Source of the DNA: Bugula neritina
Taxonomy: Eukaryota; Animalia; Bryozoa
Direction of reading: 5' to 3'
Length of the DNA: 64,000 nucleotides
Assembly (NCBI GenBank): GCA_964035545.1
Contig: OZ037767.1
Coordinates: forward strand, 755,680 to 819,679
Positions 41,047 to 55,100 of the stretch are shown here, piece after piece. Each line of letters opens with the position of its first letter. The first letter of the stretch is position 1. Position numbers and translations under genes: made by a program. The notes beneath the pieces were generated by a model that worked only from the letters and a program-made list of their open reading frames with translations, was not told the DNA's origin and searched no databases.

Positions 41047-43776
41047 TTAATACAATGGTGGAGATGGGCTTAGGATTTTAAAGAAAAGAAAAACTAAGAG
41101 CAAGACTATCAACAATGCTATTCCGAAGCAAGAAGTGGCTAAAATATTGAGAACCATAGCTGCTGTAGATTTCCTCTCCGCTTCCTCACGCCTCCCTCTT
41201 CTGTTGTCTCTTATGATCAGCGCTGAGAGAATCACAGCAGGTACGCCACAAGGTAGACACAGGCAGGTGCATATACTCCATGCTAACCAATGTCTTGCAT
41301 TTCTACTATTCCTAGATGATGTCGGTGATGTCGGTGATGTCGGTGCTGTCGCTGTCGGTGATGAAGGTGATGTTGTAACTGGAAGCTGAGAAACAAACAA
41401 ACAAACGTATGCATTATGTGCATAGGAGTACAACAGGATAATCAAAAGTTATAGCAGACTCCATTGGAACATGACATTTCTATTGGCTAGTAAACATTCA
41501 ACTAACATACAAAAACTGACAGGACTTGACCAGACTGCAAGTCACATGACCTCGACTGAGGAACCAAGTAGTACAATCTCAACTAAAGGGATAGCTTTTT
41601 TTCTCATGCAATAGTAGCCCATGCTATACATTTGACTAGTGCTAGGAGAAGCTATATTGTAGTAGTTGAATAGTTGGTTCACTTACTGGAGGGAGGGCTC
41701 TTCCCCTGACATTAGAGTTGGCTGTAGACGTCATAACTGGGTAGTCGTAGCTGCAATACTGTGAAAATAAAGTATCTGAAATTTGAATCACAGCATCTAA
41801 CTTGTGTGTGGTGTTATAATATTACATAAGGTTACAATCTAGAAACACATGTTAGTTTTTGATTGTGATGAATGGATGAGGAAATAACAGTTTAGCTAAT
41901 TCAAATCTAATGAACTCTTTTCACTGTCAGTACGAAACATAATATTAGTCAACTCCTATTATTGTATTTTATCTATTTGTCCCTCCTAAACATATTATTG
42001 TATTGCAGTGAATCATGACTAGTACTAATGAACCAAACAGATTGAGCAAGGGACAAGATAAAATATAATATCTCAAGTACAGTATATTACTATAAGCGCT
42101 AGTATATTACTATAAACACTAGTATATTACTATAAACACAAGTATATTACTATAAGTACTAGTATATTACTATAAGCACTAGTATATTACTATAAGTACT
42201 AGTATATTACTATAAACACTAGTATATTACTATAAACACTAGTATATTACTATAAACACTAGTATATTACTATAAACACTATCATATTACTATAAACACT
42301 AGTATATTACTATAAACACTAGTATATTACTATAAACACTAGTATATTACTATAAACACTAGTATATTACTATAAGCACTAGTATATTACTATAAGTACT
42401 AGTATATTACTATAAACACTAGTATATTACTATAAACACTATCATATTACTATAAACACTAGTATATTACTATAGACACTAGTATATTACTATAAACACT
42501 AGTATATTACTATAAACACTAGTATATTACTATAAACACTAGTATATTACTATAAGCACTAGTATATTACTATAAACACTAGTATATTTCTATAAGCACT
42601 AGTATATTACTATAAACACTATTATATTACTATAAGCACTAGTATATTACTATAAACACTAGTATATTACTATAAACACTAGTATATTACTATAAACACT
42701 AGTATATTACTATAAGTACTAGTATATTACTATAAACACTAGTATATTACTATAAACACTAGTATATTACTATAAGCACTAGTATATTACTATAAACACT
42801 ATTATATTACTATAAACACTAGTATATTACTATAAACACTAGTATATTACTATAAACACTAGTATATTACTATAAACACTAGTATATTACTATAAGCACC
42901 AGGTACCTCATTAGTGTTTTCACCAATTGGTTCGGGTGGGACAATGTCCGGCCCCATATACGAGGGATACGGCACTGACATCTGGCCGTAGAGGTGATCG
43001 TCTGCAGTTGATTGGGAGGAGCTTTCATACTGAGAAGTGGGCGGAGATTGCGCCTGCACCACCTGATGTCTCAACATGGGCCTCACACCTGCTGACACCT
43101 GTCTACCTCGTGGAACCTGCTGGGGACCTGCATAACTGTATGATGACTCAACATCTGTCTGTGTGTCTGTCTGAGTGGTTGTCTGTGTTTCCACTTCCCT
43201 GTGCCCAGTAAGATAAGGTGGTAACAGAACAGATGGGAGACTCTCATATGGGGGTGGATCATCTCCATTGTATGGTGGAAACTCATCTGAAATTAGTGGA
43301 GTAGTCACTAACAGAAAGCAATTATCCAACTCTTATAAACTAAACATGAGTTCAGTGGCTTAGTCATGCTTATAGTTGCTTATTTGTTGACTTATTCATG
43401 CTTATATTGAATCATTGAATTCCTCAGCTAATAACTCATTCACCAAGATTATCACAACTACTCAACATTTTCTCTTTATGTTTTATGAGGGCTGAAAATA
43501 TCGGCACACCTTGGTTCGTTGACAATATTTAATCAGCAACTCATATAAAAAGCAACTGATTTTATGACTAAGGATGTTGTTATACTGGAAATACTCACTA
43601 CTATCAATGAGATCTACTCATAGTTTATATAATAATACTCACTACTGTCAATGAGGTCTACTCATAGTATATATAATAATACTCACTACTATCAATGAGC
43701 TCTACCCATAGTATATATAATAATACTCACTACTATCAATGAGGTCTACATACACTGGAGCCTTAGTAGTAAACAT
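41047..43776 (-). CDS. CD225/dispanin membrane protein, copy 4 (~278 aa, most divergent TM exon)
   Basis: Exons 43731-43776, 42907-43286, 41687-41758, 41047-41385. HWLAWSICTCLCLPCGVPAVILSALIIRDNRRGRREEAERKSTAAMVLNILATSCFGIALLIVLLLVFLFF; (TQTx)x3. Confidence 0.88.
42080..42899. repeat. 20-bp minisatellite x~41 in copy 4 intron 2
   Basis: Same unit as 27520-28187. Confidence 0.95.
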
Positions 43777-43914
43777 CAGTTCTTCTCTCTCATTCACTTT
43801 GAGACATTGGAGATATTTCTGAGAATAATTTTAATAAATTTCCATTATATAGATTAAAATAAATAAATAAATAATATAAATCAGCAGAATTAATTTAGTT
43901 TACTATGAATATAT

Positions 43915-44145
43915 TTTAGGGAGCAGCCATGGTCTAGGGGTTAGAGCGTTTGCTTAGTAAACACGAGGTCATGGTTTGGAGCCTGCACAAAGGCCATTGG
44001 TGATGTTAGGAAGAGCATCCAGTCATAATTGCTCCTGTGCCTCATTTAAATAAGTCCTTAGCCTGCTTTAACAAAAACCCTTTCTATCAGGGTTTCTCAC
44101 AGGGATAGCGAGTATAAACTTGGGGGGGGGGTCGAGGGGGGAGTT
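43915..44145 (+). mobile_element. tRNA-derived SINE, second copy, with 11-bp TSD
   Basis: TATGAATATAT at 43904-43914 and 44146-44156. The empty site is visible in copy 1 (~29300). A and B boxes present; G-rich 3' end. Confidence 0.8.
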
Positions 44146-44843
44146 TATGAATATATATTATAAACAATTTACACAATATAATATACCCTCTCCCTTTTCT
44201 ATGTAATGTAAATAATGTACTTACCACTCAGGTGTACTTATATAGTGCCACACACTAACAATGTATAAAAACAGAATAAGTTGTGTAATGTAAATAGTAA
44301 ATACCTTACAACATAATTCAGGTTGTAAACATGTGGACTAGCATGGATTAAACCCTCACACCACAAACTGTAAGATACACTATACCAGTTGAGTCCCACT
44401 TCCTTTTCCTTCCTCCCAGTAGAGTGAGTAGATGCTAAACAATTAGTGACCACATCAAATGATTACATCATTTCACGGTTGATTAGAGATTATTATAATA
44501 ATATTGTTATTTTATTAGCAATGCATTGTGGGTTAATGGAACACCAGTATACAAATCATCAGTGAGCAAAATCTGGAGAAATGATCGGCAACCTAAACAT
44601 AGCATTAGTATTGGGTTCTTAGACTTTTTAGAGTGAGATCAGATCAGGCAAGTGTCCTTTGGCACAATAAAACAGGTTTTGATTTTTCCTCAGGCTGCAG
44701 TTTCAATCACTTTAGAGCAAAATCAGATAAGACTAATGAATTAAACTCGCTATCTATTTCAAACATAAATATAGTCACTTGTGTGCTGTATCTGTGACAG
44801 CATAAACCAGGTCACTGTTGAGGTTTCTACAAAGAGAATAACA

Positions 44844-44849
<6 letters not shown>

Positions 44850-44892
<43 letters not shown>

Positions 44893-44919
44893 TATATATA
44901 TACACATACATATATATAC

Positions 44920-44952
<33 letters not shown>

Positions 44953-44955
44953 CAC

Positions 44956-45043
<88 letters not shown>
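44850..45043. repeat. (TA)n microsatellite
   Basis: Direct inspection. Confidence 0.97.
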
Positions 45044-45045
<2 letters not shown>

Positions 45046-46161
45046 TAATTTGTTGAAAGTAATTTTTATATTAACTTCACATTTCCACAAATAAGACATG
45101 TAATGTATGAATAGCATATATAGCCGTGAGAATACTAAATGAGTGTGTCAGAGTCATATAATGATGGCTATATTGACTGTGTGCTCTGGCTTATGGCATT
45201 CCGTGGAGCTTTATCACCAGCTATATATCAGTGATCTGCAATTCTTTAGTTAGTCATTAGTTTCACATGTGCTATATGGGATATTTTGATAGGGGTACTG
45301 TTAATTGTTTAGAGGATCCCTGAAAATTGGGAGGGGGCACAGAGTATGTTTGTTGAACCCCTATAACTTCCACCACTGCCTATCACGGTCTTAACTATAG
45401 AAATATTACATTGACAAAAGGAGGTCTTAATGCAATAATCTCAAGACTTGTAAGGTTTTGACTTGTATTTTAGAGTTATGTTCTCACTGTAGCCTGTTGA
45501 AGCAACTTTCCTTGTGTTTCTAATATGCTCTTACTAATCTATGTTGCGTAGTGTTTAGTCAATTAAAGCTTATCTGTCCAAAGAATGTACTCCTAACTTC
45601 TTATAATTCGATAATAAAATAACCAAGAATAACATTTTATTATTTATATGTATATACTATATTTAAATTTGTATCATACACACTATATAATATAAATGCA
45701 AATAAATACAATTGATATAAAATTCTATGCAGCACCTCATGATTAAAATAATTGTGAAAAGTTATTCTAATGATGACTTGGATGATCAGTTGTTATCATA
45801 ACGAAATCTTGTAAACATTGATAGAAATGTAGTTGCACTACTAAAGCTATAGCAAATGAATCTGTAACAACATCGGCATGGTGGGAACTATGCAAATGTT
45901 GACATTAGTTGCAGGGGTTCATGTAGCAGCAGTAGTAAAGCTTTGGTTCTATTGCTCCCCTTTATACTAAAACTTTCAATGTTTTTATATAGTCTAATAT
46001 TAAAGAACTTTGTCTTCCCTACCGTTTGATTCGTACTACCTATACTTTAATTAATAAAAAATATAGTTTTAGTTTCTTTTCTTTCATCAAAATACGAGAT
46101 TAAAACTAATTTGTGTTCTAGATATGTCTTAAAGTCTACGGCAATACTGCTAGAACCAGAG

Positions 46162-49100
46162 CTAATTGCGGAAGTTGGAGCGCCGTCTACGTTGCCTACG
46201 TTGCCTACTTCTCCGTCTCCTTAGTCGCAGCAGACGTCTGCGATTTGCGATGAATTCATTCAAACGATCTCTAGATATGAGAAGATTGCTAGTAGCTGTA
46301 GACGGTGCTCCAGGGTTTGAAGGCGTCGTTGTGTTCTCTACTATTGAGTTTTTCTGTGGGTTGATTAGGACAGTCACGGATGACCCAGGCTTCTGGGACA
46401 CAAGCGCCTCAGTTCCATTGTAAATCTGACGGTTAAGTTTGCTATCCATGAGTGTACTGCCCATCTTAACAGCAGAATCGAGGCTGTGAGTAGTCGTGTT
46501 GGCGTGTGAGGACGGTGTAGAGGATTTTGTAGAGGGTAGTGTAGAGGATAGTGTAGAGGATAGTGTAGAAGGTGGTGTAGAGGGTAGTGTAGAGGGTAGT
46601 TTAGAGGGTAGAGTAGAGGATGGTGTAGAGGATTGTGTAGAGGGTAGTGTAGAGGATAGTGTAGAGGATAGTGTAGAGGATGGTGTAGAGGGTAGTGTAG
46701 AGGGTAGTGTAGAAGGTGGTGTAGAGGATAGTGTAGAGGGTAGTGTAGAGGATTGTGTAGAGGGTAGTGTAGAGGATAGTGTAGAGGGTGGTGTAGAGGG
46801 TAGTGTAGAGGATAGTGTAGAGGATAGTGTAGAGGATGGTGTAGAGGATAGTGTAGAGGGTGGTGTAGAGGGTAGTGTAGGGGATAGTGTAGAGGATAGT
46901 GTAGAGGATGGTGTAGAGGGTGGTGTAGAGGGTGGTGTAGAGGGTAGTGCAGGGGGTAGTGTAGAGGATAGTATAGAGGATGGTGTAGAGGGTAGCGTAG
47001 AGGGTAGTGTAGAGGATAGTGTAGAAGATTGTGTAGAGGGTAGTGTAGAGGATGGTGTAGAGGGTAGTGTAGAGGATGGTGTAGAGGGTAGTGTAGAGGG
47101 TAGTGTAGAGGATAGTGTAGAGGATGGTGTAGAGGGTAGTGTAGAGGATGGTGTAGAGGGTAGTGTAGAGGGTAGTGTAGAGGATAGTGTAGAGGATGGT
47201 GTAGAGGGTAGTGTAGAGGATGGTGTAGAGGGTAGTGTAGAGGGTAGTGTAGAGGATAGTGTAGAGGGTAGTGTAGAGGGTAGTGTAGAGGATGGTGTAG
47301 AGGGTAGTGTAGAGGGTAGTGTAGAGGATAGTGTAGAGGATGGTGTAGAGGGTAGTGTAGAGGATGGTGTAGAGGGTAGTGTAGAGGATGGTGTAGAGGA
47401 TAGTGTAGAGGGTGGTGTAGAGGGTAGTGTAGAGGATAGTGTAGAGGGTGAAGTAGCAGAATTGCTGGTAGCATTACTTTGAACAGCTGTCATTCCTGTC
47501 AGATCACCTAAAAGAAGTTTGCAGAAAACATGAGCTACAAAAACAATGTGAGCCGAGATTTTAAATCAAAATTTAAAATATAACACTATTCAGTAAGACG
47601 CAGCAGTGATAATACATAGTGCATAAAATTCTATCATGCTGCATAATATGAATAAACTTTTACAAATATATGGGTATGGAAAACTCACTGTTAGGAGGGA
47701 ATAACTCTCCAGTGTATTCTTCATCAAATGTGTCCCATATAACAGACTTGAGTTTACCAAAGTTTCCATTGTTTAACATGACTGAGAAGGCAACACCAAA
47801 CTGTGTCAGCCAATAGTCATTGTCGTTAGCAAATTTTTCTACCTGCAGTCAGGAGAAGAGATTAACTATATAGCAGCTTGTATATAAGTGTGCATATCCA
47901 TACTATATAATATTTATGTATGTTTATAATTAATGTATAATTCATAATTATATATGCTATACTTATATAATACTAGTGTATAAATATAAAAATATATAAT
48001 ATAATTAGATAGATATATTATATTGCAAGTCTTTTAAAATAATATCTATACCAGTGATGGAGTTTTCACCAGTAGGTAAACAATATAAGAAAACAATTTG
48101 ATAAATCTTTAAAACTTTAAAGTGACTGTTATGTAAGAAAAGCTGTTACCTATTAATACAATCATAAAAGCTGAGTGAAAAGTTAAAAGAGCTTGAAAGA
48201 CAAAAACATGGCCTTACAGCTGAAAATGTGGAGCTCTTATCGCAGTTGGCTATCGGGTTGTTATTGCATCCAATGAACCCCGACCCAACATCAAAACCCA
48301 TAAAGAAATCACTGGTTAGCATTACATTGGAACCCGTCTTTCCATGAGACCATATATTGATGTCAACCCTACAAAGAGAATGCAACTCTTAACATTACAG
48401 TCTTATATTCGCAATAAAAGTTCAGCTTTTATAGCTGCGAGCAACTATGGCTACGATTTCAATGAATGTTAGGCTATTGACATATCTGATTACTTATAGG
48501 GAATAATACAAGAGGAAGAACAGACGTGATTTGCCGGTGTCATGGACACCATAAACCCAGCTGTGGAGCATTACACTGTAAGACTCCCAGTCAGTTACAG
48601 GATTTAAGATTAATTCACAGTTTTATTCTAGGAAGCATCTTGTAAAGTAATGGCTAACAGCTGCAGAAATATCCAACTTGTTGATCAACACAACTTCAAC
48701 ACATTCGCATATTGCTGTATTTCACTGCTGGACAATATAGACTGGTTCCTTCTTGAATTTGGAATACAGGAGAGGGGAGGAACTATTCGTATTAGCACTA
48801 GCATTGGGCTTTCAGAGTAGTAGCTCATGTTTGTTTGTTTGTTTGTTTTTTATTTTGTCATAGTCGGGAAAAAATTAATTGAGAAAAAAATAAACAAAAT
48901 GACAGGGCCTATGGCGCAATAGCACTGTAGCTAGTCGGGGCACCGAGCCATGAATGGTTGACAGTTATATAAGATTTTTGTTTAGGTTTTTGGAAGTTTT
49001 AGCAACTTAAAAAAGTATTATTTTTTTATCTGGAAATTTGCCATTAGATGGTCTCTCAGGGCAAGTTTGAAACCAGCCTCCCTCTCCACAGCACGAATAG

Positions 49101-52100
49101 AACTAGGCAATTTATTCCATAGCGACGAACATTGGAATTCCACTCTTCGTTGACCTGCAGCAGTTGATGATGGAGGAGTTTGTAGGCTGAACTCTGAAAA
49201 TCTTGTGGGATAGTTATGTGTGAGATGTGTTAGTTGAGAATAGTAAAGTTTATGTGAGAGCAGTATTAATTTGAATTTGTGTAGAGTGTGAATAGGCATG
49301 ATTGAAGAACTAAGAAACAGTGGTTTAGATGGGGAAAGGTGATGCTTTTTATATATAATTCTCAGTATTTTCTTTTGCAGTAAATGTAGTGGTTCAAGAT
49401 AAATGTTTGCTGCATTACCCCACGATTCTAGGCAATATGTTAATTTAGAATTTACAAAAGAGTTATATATTTGTATTAGAATTTTTCTAGGTAGGTGATT
49501 GGAACATTTACTTATCAAGCCTACTAAGGGCCTTAGGTTTTGACAAAGTTTGCTGCAATGTTGTTGCCAAGAAAGATGTGAATCTATTATAATACCTAAG
49601 AAGGTAGTTGATTTTACTTCCACTAATTTTTTGTTAAACATTTCTAAGGCAAAGCCATTTAAATCTTGTTTATTTTGCGCTGTTTTGATTATCATATAGT
49701 TTGTTTTACTCATATTTACAGTTAATTTATTTTTATTGCACCAATTTTCAATTTTCTTTAATTCACAGTTTATGACGTCCATATTGTTTAATAGATTTTT
49801 TGATTCAAAGAAGAGGTTCGTATCATCGGCAAATAATATAGGGTCTAAATGCATAGTTACATCTGGAAGATCATTTATATAAATTAGGAATAGTGTGGGA
49901 CCAAGTATGGATCCTTGTGGTACTCCACATGTGATATGAATAAAGTCAGAATATGTGTTGTTAATAATAGTAGACTGTTGACGATTGGACAGATAATTTT
50001 TAATTAGCTTCACACTGTGACTTGAAAAGTGGAGCATTTTTAATTTAGCTAATAAGATTTCATGATTTATTGTGTCAAAGGCCTTACTAAAATCGAGGAA
50101 AATTCCAGCTACAGAATTACCATTGTTCATGGCATTTAAAACCTTATTTGTTAGATTAATTAAGGCAATATTTGTGTTTCTATTTCGTCTAAAGCCGTAC
50201 TGCTTATCAGTTAAATAATTTTTGCTTTCTAGAAAATCTACTATTTGCTTATTTAAAATCTTTTCAGCTATCTTACTGAAAACAGGTAGTATAGAAATTG
50301 GGCGGTAATTACTTACATCAGTAGCTATGCCTTTTTTGTGTAGAGGAACAACTTTAGCTTTTTTTAGTTCATTTGGAAAAGCGCCATCATTGATAATTGT
50401 GTTTATAATGTAAGCTAAAGGCTTTGAAAGATGAGATGCAGATATTTTTATTAGGTTGGTGGGAGCTAAATCTAATCCTGCAGCTTTGGCTGGGTTTACA
50501 TCTTTAAGTAAGCTTTCAATGACTGTGCTTTCAATATTTGTAAAGCTAAACTGTTCATCAAGTTTTTTATCTGACTTCTGAGCTGTAAAATCAAAATTGT
50601 CGTCAGTGAATTTCTTTGATAACGTTGTTCCTATGGAAGTAAAGTATTTATTAAAACTGTTTGCTATGTCCTTATTTTCAGTTAGTGTAATATTTTCAGA
50701 TGTTAAACTTTTAGGAGCATTTAATCTCTTTGATCGATTTTTTCCTAGATGTTCGTTTATGACTTTCCAACATTTACTAGAATCTGAAGTATTTTCAAAA
50801 AAAGATTCAAAATATAAAGTCTTGGATCTACGCAAATTCTTCGTAACTAAATTTTTTAGAGTTTTATGTTTAAATTTAAGTTTCAAGTTTAGAGGGGAAT
50901 TTAAGGATTGTCTATAAACATAATCCCTATGTGTCCATAGTATGATCATATTTAGTTGTATGGTAAGTCCAATGTTGACTGAAGCAGGTTGTGGTTTGCT
51001 GGTTGGCTTTGTGTTCAACATTTAACCCATAGCCTAATTTTCAGTCTATTTATTTTCAACAAATAACTTGCAGCTTAAATTGAGAAGTATATAAAATTTA
51101 TTAAATTATAATTAGTAATGTTTTCATTTGAAACTTGTTTTCCTGTTAATTTATATATAGTATTGCAATGAATTATTGAGCATATTTATTCCTTCTATAT
51201 TTGCTCTAAACACTTTTTATACGTGCACTTACATTGTACTCCTTGCAAACTATAATAATATTATATTGCACTAAATTATTTTAATATAATACACTACATT
51301 ATATTCCATTATAAAATGCACTAGTATGTTATATTATAGCATATTAGTAAAATATACTATGATGCAATATATTCTAACATTTTATATTAAATTACACTAA
51401 ACTACTAAAGTACAATACATACTATAATATAATTATAATGATATACATGTATATTATATTATAAAATATTATAATATAATGTAATTATATTATATTATAT
51501 TTAATTATAGTGTATTATAATATAAATGCACTCACCCTGGCCGAGCCCCCTTCCTCCAAGCTAAAGTAGAGTTGATCATATCCTTGTAGTACTGGTTATC
51601 AAATGACGTCTCGTTCTTCACCCAACTTATTCCCAGCCCATGATTCTTCCCCAGCGTGTGAGCTCCTAGATGAAATGTATCGTAATATAGTCATATAATC
51701 ATATAGTATTACAGTAATATGATCATATAGTAATACAGTAATATAGTAATTTAGTAACATATGAAAATATAGTATATAGTAGTTTATTCCCCTTACTCCA
51801 AGTGTCAAGCTATACAGAGTGAATGTATACTACACACAGTGAATGTATACTACACAGAGTGAATGTATACTACACAGAGTGAATGTATACTACACAGAGT
51901 GAATGTATACTACACACAGTGAATGTATACTACACAGAGTGAATGTATACTACACAGAGTGAATGTATACTACACACAGAGTGAATGTATACTACACACA
52001 GTGAATGTATACTACACAGAGTGAATGTATACTAGTATATATCAGATTAAATGATGTAAATATACTACACTAATCACAGGACTATATTTAATTGTCATTT

Positions 52101-55100
52101 CAAGCTCAGTAAGAACCAGGGTGCAATAAATCATGAAAATAGTAACTCGTAAATTGAAATAAATCCTGTAATAAATGTAATGATAATTCTTGGCACGCTT
52201 TTATCATAACATATAATTAGCATAATTTAATATAATCTACTTGTCTGTACTAAGGTAGCATAGAGTTCACGATACAGTCACACAACATGCATGGATGCTA
52301 TTTCAAATCCCATGCATTCTAACTTTTAATTAAAACATGAAAGGGTTAATTTTAATTCATGGATAATATTATAATATTCATAGATGAGCATAAACCGAGG
52401 ACTCTAGATAATATAGTCATTGTTCTGTAAAGTAGCTGTTCAAGCATTTACATTTCATACTTCCTTCCCGTAACTACAAACTATATAATAGTGTAGGTAC
52501 ATTACAATAATATAATTTAGTACCTCTTTTCTAATCTCTTTCACAAACATGTACTCACTCATAAAAATGTCAGAAGTTGCTAAAACCGGCCACATTGTGA
52601 TTTCACCCAATCATATGTCTAGTACTCTGATTTCACCCAATCATGTTTAGGCTAACATAAGCTAAAGTTACCCATTAAGGCAGTGATCTCCAACAAGTTC
52701 ATTCTAAAAGTTCTTCTGATCGTCTCCCTTGGATCACTGTTGGAGCCGGGAAACTGTCTGAACAACCTTGACTCATTGAGGCAGTCTTTACGTCCCCACT
52801 TGAAGTTCATTGGTGGAACACACACCTTCCCAGTGCAGGCTAAATACATACCATATAGTATGTTATATAATAGAATATATAGTATACTACGTTACACACT
52901 TTATAAATTCATAACTGTGCTGTATAGTGGGTTATACGTTCTCATATTGTGCTATTTTATGTATAGCAGAAATTGTAATAACATTACATTTTACATTAAC
53001 AGCAAACTTTTTATACTTAACCAAAGTATTTTTCTGACTTGTGGACTTAACATACCAATTTATATATTCACTGTTACTTAGCCAATAGAATTGAAACCAT
53101 GAAAACTAACTCCAGTCGCTTTGCTTAAACTCAACAACTTTTGTGAGTCTAGAAGATTCTTAGACTATGATAAATATTTTCACATTCCTAGACGACTCAC
53201 GCAGATTATCATTCCATTTCCTTTTTATGAATTCCAAAACACAAACAGTTCATCTTATTAAATAGGTCAACGAGTCAAGGCCATGTCAACTTACAAGTTT
53301 GTTTCGCCGCAACCTCTACAGCTGTGTAGCCGGCCAAAGCATACCAGTCGGCCTTAGACATCATTGGGAATATGAACTCTTTGTACATCAAATCCAGGGG
53401 TGTCTTGTAGAAGTTCAGACCTGTCACAAAGTAAATTGAATAGTAAGTACAGCTAAAATAGTAGATACAGCTAAAAATAGTAAATACAGCTAAAAATAGT
53501 AAGTATAGCTAAAAGGCTGAAAATGGCAACATTTTTGTGACATAGGACTACTCGTTGGCGAAATGGAGTTGCAATGTATAGTTTATAGTATGGGCTGGGT
53601 ACCAGATGATGTGTTGACATGGGATTGGTCACCAGAATAAGTCGCTGCAACTCTTTGGTAGGAGAGATAGACGACACATTATTTGCATCTAATAGAGGGC
53701 CAGTTGACAGACCATATTTAGTAAATACAGCGTGACTACCAAGTATACTCTGTTACTATTATAGTACGTGTATGTTCTAGTTTTATAACTTGCTTCTTAT
53801 TACTGGAATTTTGTTTGACAGAGTAGCAGAGTGGTGGTGGGCGTTATTTGAATTTTGAAGAGGCCATAGCTGTGTTGTGTTGTGTCCTGACGCAAAGCCT
53901 AATCTGAAGCCAAGTAATCACTCTCATTTGAAAAGGGTGCAGACGTCTTATTGACAGGAAACGCTTTCAATCTCTCAGCAAGTCATGGATTCTCATTGAA
54001 CTTAACTTTATATGTTCACTAGTTTACAACTTCCCATACTAAAATCAAAGCTGTACGAAGACTAAACGTCTGCAAGTAGCTCCTAACGTCTGCAAGTAGC
54101 TCCTAACGTCTGCAAGTAGCTCCTAACGTCTGCAAGTAGCTCCTAACGTCTGCAAGTAGCTCCTAACGTCTGGAAGCATTTCCTAAAGTCTGACAGAAGT
54201 TATTATCCATTATGCTATATAAAGTATCAAATATTTCTACTGCCAATAACCTTGTATATCAACAGTTTGGGAAACGATTGAACTTTTTGCCGGGAGATTA
54301 TCTGAACTTAACTATCACAAAATTCTCATTTCCAGGATGATATAGACACCAGACTACAGCTAGGGAGTGGCTATGTGCAGCACAGGCAGGGCTTCAAGTA
54401 ACTACAAAGGTGTGACTTGAGACCAACTGACTGGCTTTCTATTGGGTAATGAGCCCCGAAATACATGCCTTGATGGTGGAGTTGATAAGTTAATTACATG
54501 TGTAAATATCTTAGTAGTTCAGTAGGACTTACAGTTACTATTGACTAAGACTAGTGACTATTGAATAAGTCACTAGGACTAAGAAAACTACCATATCACG
54601 TAATACATAGCACCACGGCTAGACTCTAGAATGTGAAAGCCGCAACTATTTAGACTATTAATTTCCCTTTAAGAAAATTACACTTTGTCTGATCACTAGT
54701 GGCATGTGCCTTGAAGCTAATCATGATAATCTCCCTAAAGGATGCTTCAAGGAGTGCCTTCAGCTGCTTCTTCTGGCAGAGGGGGGGGGGGGTTAAGCAA
54801 CATATCTCACAAGAAACAGTCCAATCCATTAAATTTCTACATTTAAGTTCTTGTTAAATCTGAAGAAGTTAAGAAAATGAAGCTATAAAAAATATGCCAC
54901 GTAATAATGTGCTGAAAGTTTGCTTTTGGATTTTGCCCTACCTGCTATCGATGTTAAATCCACTCCCTTTATTGCCCAATATAGGCTTAAAATATTTATT
55001 CTCTAAAATATTGAGCTTACCAGCATTTGAAGGGTTTCTGGTGTTGAGACAACCATCACAACCGCCGACACAGTCATGGAAAGCCAATCGGATGAAGCCG

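Noticed and set aside
46166-47482. Overlapping ORFs (LHYP)n 46374-47474 and (EGSVEDSV)n 46496-47482
   Set aside because: Alternative frames of a stop-free 12-bp repeat. Only the S/T/P frame is in phase with the upstream peroxidase exon.
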